64,000 nucleotides of DNA from a virus: the IMG/VR virus record IMGVR_UViG_3300036770_003016, one strand, 5' to 3'. Shown here in pieces: positions 55,461 through 64,000 of the stretch (within the stretch, counting starts at the first letter, position 1; each line of letters begins with the position of its first letter). The position numbers and the translations under genes are program-made. The notes under the pieces were generated by a model that was not told the DNA's origin, ran no database searches, and saw nothing but the letters and a program-made list of their open reading frames with translations.

Positions 55461-55904
55461 TTATAAAGTCGGCCATACTATGTTAGATGGATCATTTTGA
55501 TTTGTCACATCTCGTAAGTTTTGTATATAGACATCTATCTTATTTATCTCTTCTGGACTGTCATCTGTTGGTATTCCCAATCTAATTTGAGACTGATATC
55601 TAAATAATCTCCATTCAACTTCTTTTATCTTTTCGTCTCTTTTGAATCTTATCGTTTGCCATTCTCTTTCAACTATTTCTGCTATCTCTTCTTCTGAGAA
55701 ATCTACAATTTGCCAAGTTGTACCTGACCATACAAGTCTTTGTCTTTCATTATGAATTGGTGGGTCTTCAGCTAAAACATAACCAGCATTAGCAATTTCT
55801 TCTTCTGTGAAAGTGTTTTTTTCTGTACGAGTCAAACCATTAGACAATCTAATCCTGTCTGGTAAAGAACTTGGATAACCACCTTTATAACTATATAAAC
55901 TCAT
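55461..55904 (-). CDS. Tail fibre assembly chaperone-like protein
   Basis: W..IR.KRD..I....W...Y.Q.LRDVT.Q.DP.NIVWP C-terminal signature. Confidence 0.8.
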   Translation of the reverse strand: MSLYSYKGGYPSSLPDRIRLSNGLTRTEKNTFTEEEIANAGYVLAEDPPIHNERQRLVWSGTTWQIVDFSEEEIAEIVEREWQTIRFKRDEKIKEVEWRLFRYQSQIRLGIPTDDSPEEINKIDVYIQNLRDVTNQNDPSNIVWPTL

Positions 55905-55918
55905 TTTTTAAAACTCCT

Positions 55919-57661
55919 TTAATAACCAGTGCCTGACATATAACTACCAGCATATATCGTCCATGATGTTCCAGTTGAATTGCCAACAAATACATAACTT
56001 TGGTTTGCAGTCAAAGTAAATGATGCGTAAGCTGTATTTGTTGAGGCTATCATTCTTTGGCCAGTTGTTCGATTATGATTTCCAACTAAAATTTCTACAA
56101 CAGGAACATTTCCAGTTGAAGTTTTATTAAAAAATGTAGCTTCATATACAATTCCTGGCGAACCTACTGTACCACTAGTACTTGCATTTCCTTCGTATCT
56201 TATACGGGTATAATTTGTTCCAGAAGAAATAGTTGATACCCTTTGATATGAATTGTCAGCAGCTCCAATATGTATTTTATTAAAAGGTGGATTAGTTGCA
56301 CTTAAACTGCTGTATGCAGTTGAACCAGAACCAAAAGTTAAATATGTATTTGAACCAACAAAAACAGTTGTATAATTAGTAGAATTGATAGTGAATGTTG
56401 GTATAGTTACGGATATATTCGCATCATCAGAAGAAGAGTTTTGTAATCCTGTCCAACCTGATCCAGGATATGAAGCTCCACCAGCACCTAATGTTGGCGC
56501 TTTTGTTCCAGATACTCTTGTGTATGATGACCCAGCTGGAGTTTGTGATGTATCATTGATAGTTACTGAACTTGAAGTTGCTATTATGGTTCCACTAATG
56601 CTGTTAGCTCTTAAACGAAATTGAAAAGATTCTGCTGCACTTTCAGTAGTTAAATCTGAATTTAATGTAAATGTTACTGAGCCAGCACTACCGGATATAG
56701 CAACACTACCTCCACTAGTAGCATTAGCAGGTGAACTAAAATCAGCAGCAGTAACAGAACCAGAAGTAATCATTTCCCAATATAATGTTCCACTAGAAAA
56801 ATTACCACTAGTAATGCTTATATTAAATGTGACAGAACTACCTTCATTAACTGAACTTGTAGTTGGAGTAACAGTAGCTGTAATTGGAGTAGAACTATCC
56901 GTAATAGTTAAAGAAGCACTACCTAAATTGAAACCATTATAACTGACTTGAACATTTAAAGTTTCTGTACCTTCAGTAGTAACATCTGCAATTGTTGTAT
57001 AAGTAACATTTGTAGTTCCAGGACCTATATCAATCAAACTAGGTAAAGATGTAAAATCCGAAGCATTTGCTGTAGAACCAGTATATGAAAGGCTAGCAGC
57101 TGCATCGGTAAAAATAGAAGATAATGAACCTACATTTCCAATCGTAATCTGTAGAGTGCTTGATGAAGAATTTTCATTTATTGTAGAAGATGTTAAAGTT
57201 ACAGAACTAGTACAAGCAGGGATGTTGTAGGTTCCAGAAGTGTATACAACTGGACCACTAGTGCTACCTGTTCTAATTTCAATTTGAAATGTTTTAGTTG
57301 TTTTTGATGTATTTCCTATAAATTTTGTAGCTACGTAAAAAGAACCAGTTTGTGTAGCACTAAACACAGTAAAACTTCCAGAAGTAACACCACTTGCAAA
57401 ATCAGCTGAACTTGAATTTGAATGTAATATTGTATAATATAATGTTGTGTTTGTTAAAATACCTTCAGTTGTTAAAGTTATTACTTGTGATGTATATTCT
57501 AAAATTGTTCCGCTGTTAAGTGATAATGACAAATATTTAATTGTTTGTGGCCAAAGATTAGATTTTTTTGCATTGTAAGCATCAAACCTATCGTAAACAC
57601 CTGGTGCTTCTGCTAAAGAAGTTTCTCTTTTTACACCAATTAAACCAGTATTTCTTCTCAT
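55919..57661 (-). CDS. Ser/Thr-rich adhesin-like virion protein with Calx-beta-like repeats
   Basis: SVNEGSSVTF, ADF, D.TTEG.E.F, VTINDTS. Confidence 0.75.
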   Translation of the reverse strand: MRRNTGLIGVKRETSLAEAPGVYDRFDAYNAKKSNLWPQTIKYLSLSLNSGTILEYTSQVITLTTEGILTNTTLYYTILHSNSSSADFASGVTSGSFTVFSATQTGSFYVATKFIGNTSKTTKTFQIEIRTGSTSGPVVYTSGTYNIPACTSSVTLTSSTINENSSSSTLQITIGNVGSLSSIFTDAAASLSYTGSTANASDFTSLPSLIDIGPGTTNVTYTTIADVTTEGTETLNVQVSYNGFNLGSASLTITDSSTPITATVTPTTSSVNEGSSVTFNISITSGNFSSGTLYWEMITSGSVTAADFSSPANATSGGSVAISGSAGSVTFTLNSDLTTESAAESFQFRLRANSISGTIIATSSSVTINDTSQTPAGSSYTRVSGTKAPTLGAGGASYPGSGWTGLQNSSSDDANISVTIPTFTINSTNYTTVFVGSNTYLTFGSGSTAYSSLSATNPPFNKIHIGAADNSYQRVSTISSGTNYTRIRYEGNASTSGTVGSPGIVYEATFFNKTSTGNVPVVEILVGNHNRTTGQRMIASTNTAYASFTLTANQSYVFVGNSTGTSWTIYAGSYMSGTGY

Positions 57662-58839
57662 AGGAATGTCAATTCTGCTAATCTGTTATAACTAGTGCCA
57701 TTAAAACTTGTAAACTGTCCGCCAACATAAAATGTTTTGGTTGTTCCTGGTTTTAAAACTAATGTAGCAACAGCGTTATTAAAACCAGTTCCTATATTAA
57801 AGTTCGTATCTAAAGTACCATCAGAGTTCAATCTAAATAATCTTCCGTGAGTAATACCATTAAAAGCACCAAAATAACCATAAACTAATATTTTATTATC
57901 AGGTTGTATATGCACACCAGATACAGTTCCCCCGTCAGAACCTGTACCAATATTACTATTAAAAGTTGTATCTTCGACAAGAGTAGCACCTATTCTTCGG
58001 CTAAGACCTCTAGCATTTCCAGCAATAAAATTTCCAGTGAAATATATTTCAGTGCTTGATATTGTTAAAGAATTTACAATACTAGAATTGTATGTATAAG
58101 AAGTAACTGCACTACCATCATAATTTAATCTAACATTATAATTTCTAGTAATAGAATTAAATTGTGTGAAACTACCAACAACAATAAATTGACTGGAAGA
58201 TGTGCTTGTTATTTTAAAAACTGTACCATTAGCACCTCCACCAAAATTAAAAGTAGTTGTATCTCTTGTTCCATCACTATTTAATCCTGCTATTCTATTA
58301 GCACTCACTCCATTATAAAATTGAAAATCTCCACCAATCCATATTTTTCCAGTTGAATGTAAAAAAATAGTTTGAACTTGTCCTGTAGGTCCAATTCCAC
58401 CAGTATTAAAAGATGTGTCTAATGTGCCATCACTATTTAATCTTAAAAAACGAATCTGTTGGACGCCATTATAACCATTAAAATTTCCTCCAACTAATAT
58501 TTTACCATCAGGTTGCAAAACAATATCTGATACTACAGAATCAAAACCAGAACCGCCTGGATTAAAAGTAGTATCTACACTGCCATTAGGCAATAATCTA
58601 ACTATTCTATTTTGGGTGGTTCCTTTATAGGTATCAAAATTTCCTCCAACTAATAATTTACCATCAGGTTGTACAACTATTGTATTAACTATTGCTGTAC
58701 CACTTGTTAATGAAAAACCAGTACCAACATCTAATGTTGAAGATGAATTTAAAAATTTTAAATGTAAATCTCCAACACCAGTAAAACTATTTTTTTGGCC
58801 TGTTCCAATTAAACCACCATCTTTAGTATAAAACCCCAT
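57658..58839 (-). CDS. Delta-60 repeat beta-propeller protein
   Basis: Repeated QPDGKILVGGNF...RLNSDGTLDTSFN. Confidence 0.88.
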   Translation of the reverse strand: MGFYTKDGGLIGTGQKNSFTGVGDLHLKFLNSSSTLDVGTGFSLTSGTAIVNTIVVQPDGKLLVGGNFDTYKGTTQNRIVRLLPNGSVDTTFNPGGSGFDSVVSDIVLQPDGKILVGGNFNGYNGVQQIRFLRLNSDGTLDTSFNTGGIGPTGQVQTIFLHSTGKIWIGGDFQFYNGVSANRIAGLNSDGTRDTTTFNFGGGANGTVFKITSTSSSQFIVVGSFTQFNSITRNYNVRLNYDGSAVTSYTYNSSIVNSLTISSTEIYFTGNFIAGNARGLSRRIGATLVEDTTFNSNIGTGSDGGTVSGVHIQPDNKILVYGYFGAFNGITHGRLFRLNSDGTLDTNFNIGTGFNNAVATLVLKPGTTKTFYVGGQFTSFNGTSYNRLAELTFL

Positions 58840-58845
58840 TTATTT

Positions 58846-59208
58846 TTAACTCAATTCTTCATAAGAACAAACTGCTTCTAAATCACCAGTAGCACTAGCT
58901 GTAAGTCTAATACTATCATTTTCTTCTAGATAAATTGATGTATCTTTAGAAATTAAAACTAAAGTAGAATCTGCTGGAACAGAAATCGTAAATGCTAGTC
59001 TAAATGAAGTAGCACCATTTTTCAAAACATCAGCAGTAATATCTGCTGGAGCACTTCCATCAACATTAGATATTGTAAGAGAATTAATTTTAAATACTTT
59101 ATTTGATCCAGAAGAGTTTGTAACAATTGCTTGAGCTGATGTTGTAACAGCTAAACCAACTGTCTTTCCTGTAATAGTTGCAACATTAAATATGTTTGGC
59201 GCTGCCAT
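58846..59208 (-). CDS. Small virion structural/adaptor protein
   Basis: MAAPNI.NV.TI.GKT...SIYLEE.DSI...SYEE. Confidence 0.7.
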   Translation of the reverse strand: MAAPNIFNVATITGKTVGLAVTTSAQAIVTNSSGSNKVFKINSLTISNVDGSAPADITADVLKNGATSFRLAFTISVPADSTLVLISKDTSIYLEENDSIRLTASATGDLEAVCSYEELS

Positions 59209-59222
59209 TTTTTATTTTTTCC

Positions 59223-61895
59223 TTATCCGAAAACGAGTGCCATTGTTATGGCTTTACCAACACTGGCTGATGCTGCTGAACCAGAATAACCAGAAATACC
59301 TGAGAAACCAGATATTCCAGTACCAGAATAACCAGACCATCCTGATCTACCAGAATAACCAGAAATGCCAGAATGACCAGAGATTCCTGAGTAACCAGAT
59401 ACCCCTAATCCAGAATACCCAGAAATTCCAGCACCAGAATAACCAGAGTAACCTGATGTTCCAGCACCAGAATAACCAGACCATCCTGATCTACCAGAAA
59501 AACCAGATATACCAGAAAAACCAGACAACCCTTCTCCAGAATAACCAGAGTAACCAGATGATCCAAGACCTCCAGTTCCTTCTCCAGAATAACCGGATAC
59601 ACCAGAAGAACCAGCTGAACTAATTATTTTCCAAGTACTTCCATTATATATCAATATTAAAAATATACCAGTTACATCCAATAGTAAATTTTCAGCTTCA
59701 TTTTCAATAGTAGAACCATTTCTATCTATTGTTAAATTATTGTTTGCCCAACTATCCCCATCAACAAGTTCTATATTATCATTTAAATTTGGAGTTAAAG
59801 GCAAAGATATAGTAAACGGACCACTACTTGTATCAGCTATTATTCTTTGTTTATGTGATGCTGTATAATTACTAGTTATACGATCCCAAGAAGAACCAAT
59901 TCCTGAGTAACCTGAAACTCCTTGAGATCCAATACTAGTAACTACTTGCCATGTTGTTCCATCATAAACAAAAACGACAGAAATACCCAATACATCCAAT
60001 AGTAAATTTTCAGCTTCATTTTCAATAGTAGAACCATTTCTATCTATTGTTAAATTATTAATGGCCCAACTAGAACCATCCATGATCTCAACATAATTCC
60101 CAATAGAAGGTGATAAAGGTAAAGTTATAGTAAACGAACTATTACTTGTATCTGCAATAATTTTTTCACCAGAAGATGCTACATAGTTTTCAGTTTTACG
60201 AATCCATGTCGAAGAACCTCCTGGTAAACCAGAATACCCAGAATACCCAGATAAACCAAAACCAGAATAACCTGAAAGTCCTGGTTCACCAGAGTAACCT
60301 GATTCACCAGAGTAACCTGAGAAACCTAATTCGCCAGAATATCCTGAGAAGCCAGATTCACCAGAATATCCTGAAAGTCCTGAATCACCAGAAAATCCTG
60401 AAATACCAGAGTAACCTGAGAATCCAGATTCACCAGAGAATCCTGAAAGTCCTGAATCACCAGAATAACCAGAAATTCCTGAGAAGCCAGATTCACCAGA
60501 GAATCCTGAAGTTGAGTTACCACTAAATCCAGAAAGTCCAGAAATACCTTGAGGGCCTTGTGTTGTAAGACCAATAGTAACATAATCTATTTCTACATTA
60601 ATATTAGCAAAACCCTCAGAATAATGATATATTCTTGTGTTGACATATCCATTATTAATATATGGTACATCACTAATTACATCAAATATATGTGAAGCAA
60701 AAACTAAATTTGTTCCTGTAAATGTACCTATTATATCCCAAGAAGAAGAGTTATTATTATAGATTTCAAAATAAATTATATGATTCGTGTGTGTATATTT
60801 TAATGCTAATTCTACTCTATTAAAATTAGCAACACCTGTAAAATCAATCTCGATAGAATAACCTGGAGATCCACTGACTTCAGAAACAACATAGTAATTG
60901 TCATCACCAAAAGTTTGAATGTCTGTTACATCACCTGAAACATATGTTCCTGTAACTGTTGTTATAGAATTAGCATCATAGAAAATTGAATCTGGTGCAA
61001 CACCACTAAAACCACTATAACCTGAAATACCTGATCCTGAATAACCTGAGAAACCTGAATCACCAGAAAATCCAGAAATACCAGAATATCCAGAAATTCC
61101 TGAGAACCCAGATTCACCAGAGTAACCTGAGAAGCCAGATTCACCAGAGAATCCTGAAAGTCCTGAATCACCAGAGAATCCTGAAATACCTGAGAAACCT
61201 GATTCACCAGAGTAACCTGATTCACCAGAGTAACCTGAAAGTCCTGAATAACCTGAAATACCAGAATAACCTGAGAAGCCAGATTCTCCAGAGTAACCTG
61301 AGAAACCAGATTCTCCAGAGTAACCTGATTCACCAGAGTAACCTGAGAAGCCAGATTCACCAGAGAATCCTGAAAGTCCTGAATCACCAGAGAATCCTGA
61401 AAGTCCTGAATAACCTGAAAGTCCTGAATCACCAGAATAACCAGACCATCCTGATCTACCAGAATAACCAGAAATGCCAGAATGACCAGAGATTCCTGAG
61501 TAACCAGAATAACCAGATGCGCCTGGTGATCCTTTAATTTGTCCTATAAGTACCCAAGAAGTTCCATCCCAATAATATAAGTTTCCTTCACTCTCAACAT
61601 AATAAACATCACCTTGCGTATTATCATTTTCAGGTAAATTAGAAAAATCGGATACTGAACCTTTAATTTCAATCGATGAACCTGGAGCTCCACTGTACCC
61701 AGATAGACCTTGTACATCCGCAGTATTTACCCATGTTCTAGTTCCATCTGTGTTTGCTGTTAAAACATAAGAATTTCCTTGAGGTAATCCTAAGTCTGGT
61801 TCAGCTTCACCTAAACTTAAAAATTCATATCTACTTGAAGATACATTAGATGAAGGTATCTTTTTTACTTTTCCGCTGTGTATTCTATTATTCAT
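59223..61895 (-). CDS. Collagen-like (Ser-Gly-X)n fibre protein with duplicated gp34-like domains
   Basis: Long SGF/SGY/SGE/SGD/SGI/SGL runs; two copies of IIADTS...FTI.LP..P......D..SWA.NNLTIDRNGSTIE. Confidence 0.85.
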   Translation of the reverse strand: MNNRIHSGKVKKIPSSNVSSSRYEFLSLGEAEPDLGLPQGNSYVLTANTDGTRTWVNTADVQGLSGYSGAPGSSIEIKGSVSDFSNLPENDNTQGDVYYVESEGNLYYWDGTSWVLIGQIKGSPGASGYSGYSGISGHSGISGYSGRSGWSGYSGDSGLSGYSGLSGFSGDSGLSGFSGESGFSGYSGESGYSGESGFSGYSGESGFSGYSGISGYSGLSGYSGESGYSGESGFSGISGFSGDSGLSGFSGESGFSGYSGESGFSGISGYSGISGFSGDSGFSGYSGSGISGYSGFSGVAPDSIFYDANSITTVTGTYVSGDVTDIQTFGDDNYYVVSEVSGSPGYSIEIDFTGVANFNRVELALKYTHTNHIIYFEIYNNNSSSWDIIGTFTGTNLVFASHIFDVISDVPYINNGYVNTRIYHYSEGFANINVEIDYVTIGLTTQGPQGISGLSGFSGNSTSGFSGESGFSGISGYSGDSGLSGFSGESGFSGYSGISGFSGDSGLSGYSGESGFSGYSGELGFSGYSGESGYSGEPGLSGYSGFGLSGYSGYSGLPGGSSTWIRKTENYVASSGEKIIADTSNSSFTITLPLSPSIGNYVEIMDGSSWAINNLTIDRNGSTIENEAENLLLDVLGISVVFVYDGTTWQVVTSIGSQGVSGYSGIGSSWDRITSNYTASHKQRIIADTSSGPFTISLPLTPNLNDNIELVDGDSWANNNLTIDRNGSTIENEAENLLLDVTGIFLILIYNGSTWKIISSAGSSGVSGYSGEGTGGLGSSGYSGYSGEGLSGFSGISGFSGRSGWSGYSGAGTSGYSGYSGAGISGYSGLGVSGYSGISGHSGISGYSGRSGWSGYSGTGISGFSGISGYSGSAASASVGKAITMALVFG

Positions 61896-62220
61896 TTGCT
61901 GATTCTAATATACTTAAGACTATTTTTAATTCATTATTTGCAGATGCAGAAATTTTAACTGAACTGCCTGTTTCCAAAACTAATTTACCAACTGTTCCAG
62001 ATATAGCATCAGTTTTAGGAACATCAAACTGTTTTAACAATTCATAATCTGCAACTCCATCATTTAATACAAATGTGACATTTGATGTATTTTCTGATAC
62101 ATTACTTATTTGAGCCATCAAAACTATACCAGTATAACCAGATGGAGAAGTATAAATTGTTTCTAAATTTGTTGTTACATTTGCAGTAATTGTTTTAAAA
62201 CTATTTAAAGCTGTTGCCAT
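61888..62220 (-). CDS. Small virion structural/adaptor protein
   Basis: ALNSFKT...IYTSP.GYTGIVLMAQISN...GKLVLETG...LSILESAN. Confidence 0.7.
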   Translation of the reverse strand: MATALNSFKTITANVTTNLETIYTSPSGYTGIVLMAQISNVSENTSNVTFVLNDGVADYELLKQFDVPKTDAISGTVGKLVLETGSSVKISASANNELKIVLSILESANE

Positions 62221-62223
62221 ATT

Positions 62224-63627
62224 TTATCCTTCTAACGCCAATATATATGGCGTCATTACTGTGAATAAACTTCGATTGAATGTTCTACCTTCAATAGTAC
62301 CCTTTGCATTTATAAATGACAATTCACCACCTATTTGAAAATTACCATATTGATCTGTACTTGAATAAAACACTTTACCACCATTTAATTGAACTGCTTC
62401 ATTTGCAGGTATAGGTTCTCCACCTGCTATAGGTATTGCATTAGCTAATGTTGTTCCTGCACCAACATATTCAAAAGTATGCCCAGATGCACTAATAAAA
62501 CTTCTACGATAAAAATCTACCTGTGTGTCATTAGGAATTGATGTTGGCAATGTTTCTGCTACTGTAATGGTTGTTTGACCAGATACTAAGCCAGTTGTTG
62601 AAATAATTGTATAGAAAGTATTTCCTCCATCAAAAGTTGCAACATCATTCACAGCAGGTTTAGTTGAAAGACCATCAATAACTACATTTGCACGGTTAGT
62701 GTCTGGGTTTACACCGTTTGTTGAACCAGAAAATAATAGTGAACTTTTGCCATTTGCAACGAGACCTCTGTCTCCAAAAGAACTATTTGAGTTTGTAATT
62801 GAACATTGACCACCTGATTCGCAAAGAACAGATTCAGTACAGCAAATAGTAAACAAACTTACTAATTGTGCATAACCAGAATTTAAAATATGAACGCCTA
62901 TTCCACCTTGATTAAATTGTGTATATGCATCCAATACCATAGATTTTAAATTGCCAGTTACATGAGAACCATCAATTCTCATGCCTGTTCCAGTAGTGGT
63001 TATTGAAGAGCAATCTTGAACATAAGGACTTGTGGTTATATTTCCAGCAGAGCCATTAGGATTAAATGCTACTGCTGCTGCAGGAGAAACATGATCTCTG
63101 AATGTCATACCTGAAAGATAACATCCATTATTCACATAAAATAAATCTTGATTTGTTGTTTGTGGTCTTACTGTTACTGTTCTTAAATTATCACCAATAA
63201 TTGCAACACCCTCTGGAACTGTAACTGGATTTATCTCAGTATAATCTCCAGACTTTACGAAAACAGTAGTTCCAGTATTTGCAACTGCAAGTGCAGCTTT
63301 AATTGTTAGGAAAGGTTTATCTAAACTTTTGCCATCATTTGAATCATTTCCAGATTTTGATACATAGAGAACACTATCTACACCAATTAAAGAAGAAGGA
63401 ATTTGCCATTTAACACCTTCTGCTGTAGCAAATAAAGCTTCACCAACATTACCTTTTGATTTTGTAAAATCATAAAGAGCATTGGAAAGCTTTATATCAC
63501 CATTAACAGATATTAAACCATTTTCATTTATGGAAATTGTTGCTGTGTTAGATTCTGCATCATATACAAAATCTATATTTTGAGTTTGTAGTCCGTTTTT
63601 GACTACAAATTTTTTATCATTTGCCAT
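62224..63627 (-). CDS. Virion protein with a pectin-lyase-like beta-helix
   Basis: LYVSKSGNDSNDG...PFLTIKAAL...VKSGDYTE.NP...GDNLR; SPYVQDCS. Confidence 0.8.
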   Translation of the reverse strand: MANDKKFVVKNGLQTQNIDFVYDAESNTATISINENGLISVNGDIKLSNALYDFTKSKGNVGEALFATAEGVKWQIPSSLIGVDSVLYVSKSGNDSNDGKSLDKPFLTIKAALAVANTGTTVFVKSGDYTEINPVTVPEGVAIIGDNLRTVTVRPQTTNQDLFYVNNGCYLSGMTFRDHVSPAAAVAFNPNGSAGNITTSPYVQDCSSITTTGTGMRIDGSHVTGNLKSMVLDAYTQFNQGGIGVHILNSGYAQLVSLFTICCTESVLCESGGQCSITNSNSSFGDRGLVANGKSSLLFSGSTNGVNPDTNRANVVIDGLSTKPAVNDVATFDGGNTFYTIISTTGLVSGQTTITVAETLPTSIPNDTQVDFYRRSFISASGHTFEYVGAGTTLANAIPIAGGEPIPANEAVQLNGGKVFYSSTDQYGNFQIGGELSFINAKGTIEGRTFNRSLFTVMTPYILALEG

Positions 63628-63677
63628 TTATGTTCCTTGGTTCCCTATCCCCAATGGATGTTATTATTATATTTATA
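63628..63677 (-). promoter_or_regulatory. Late promoter plus purine-rich leader motif GGGGATAGGGAACC
   Basis: TATAAATA at 63670-63677; motif at 63642-63655. Confidence 0.55.
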
Positions 63678-64000
63678 TTAGCAATAGATTGCCAGATACT
63701 TTATATACGGTGTTATTTGAAGAAGTGCTTGTAGTCATTAATCGAACTGTGTTAGAATCTATGTCTACTTCCAAATCAAATAGATTGCCATTTGTTCTTA
63801 TGATGGCATATTCCGTAGCATAGGCAGTAACAGAATCATGTACAACTAGAAGTTCAGTAACTTGCCTTTTATTTGAATCTGATGCTTGAATAACAAATTT
63901 GCCAGAACCATATTTGTTTGTGGAAAAAGAATATAAAACTGTGGAAGTATTACTGGTTGTAGTTAATTCAGTACCAACTATATCAAAGGCAGAATTAACA
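63673..64000 (-). CDS. C-terminal part of a virion structural protein (begins beyond the window)
   Basis: Manual translation ...YGSGKFVIQASD...QVTELLVVHD...YATEYA...VRL...LLLI*. Confidence 0.8.
   Translation of the reverse strand, partial: VNSAFDIVGTELTTTSNTSTVLYSFSTNKYGSGKFVIQASDSNKRQVTELLVVHDSVTAYATEYAIIRTNGNLFDLEVDIDSNTVRLMTTSTSSNNTVYKVSGNLLLI

Noticed and set aside
59192-61432. Alternative-frame Q/N-rich or VILV/QDFQ ORFs
   Set aside because: Shadow frames of the 9-nt Ser-Gly-X repeat; no RBS
886-63823. Plus-strand and nested ORFs in the ORF track (e.g. 12970-13368, 33054-33455, 36735-37172, 46957-47514, 26336-26563)
   Set aside because: Antisense shadows of well-supported minus-strand genes, with no recognisable motifs
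1-64000. Stop-codon reassignment
   Set aside because: Core genes translate full length in the standard code, and TAA, TGA and TAG all appear as genuine stops

Overview
This window is a 64-kb slice of an AT-rich T4-like (Tevenvirinae/Kyanoviridae-type) myophage genome, with nearly all genes on the minus strand. In transcription order (right to left) it holds: (1) a tail-fibre/adhesin region with a pectin-lyase-like protein, a Ser-Gly-X collagen-like protein, Delta-60 and Calx-beta proteins, four Kelch-type propeller paralogues and two glyco-enzymes; (2) the neck/terminase/tail/head core gp13-gp23 and gp3; (3) uvsY-uvsW-gp55-gp47-gp46; (4) a peptide deformylase / 2OG-oxygenase / GNAT / DNA methyltransferase block; (5) a MoxR AAA + vWA pair; (6) gp45-gp44-gp62-regA; (7) an auxiliary-gene island (hsp20, dCMP deaminase, M15 peptidase, pstS, rubrerythrin, MazG-like); (8) gp43-uvsX-gp40-gp41. 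Two free-standing homing endonucleases are inserted. The PstS and rubrerythrin look proteobacterial, suggesting a possibly freshwater betaproteobacterial host (inference). The most notable signal is a four-gene Kelch cassette with DNA-homogenised frameworks and hypervariable top-face loops. Other notable signals are several unannotated cis-RNA elements (an H-type pseudoknot leader, a ROSE-like hsp20 thermometer, a late-promoter-linked structured RNA, an RBS-occluding uvsY hairpin), a repeated 18-bp operator at two sigma70 promoters, an antisense promoter next to gp55, and a candidate DNA-modification operon. All calls come from motif recognition and synteny by eye; no database searches were run.
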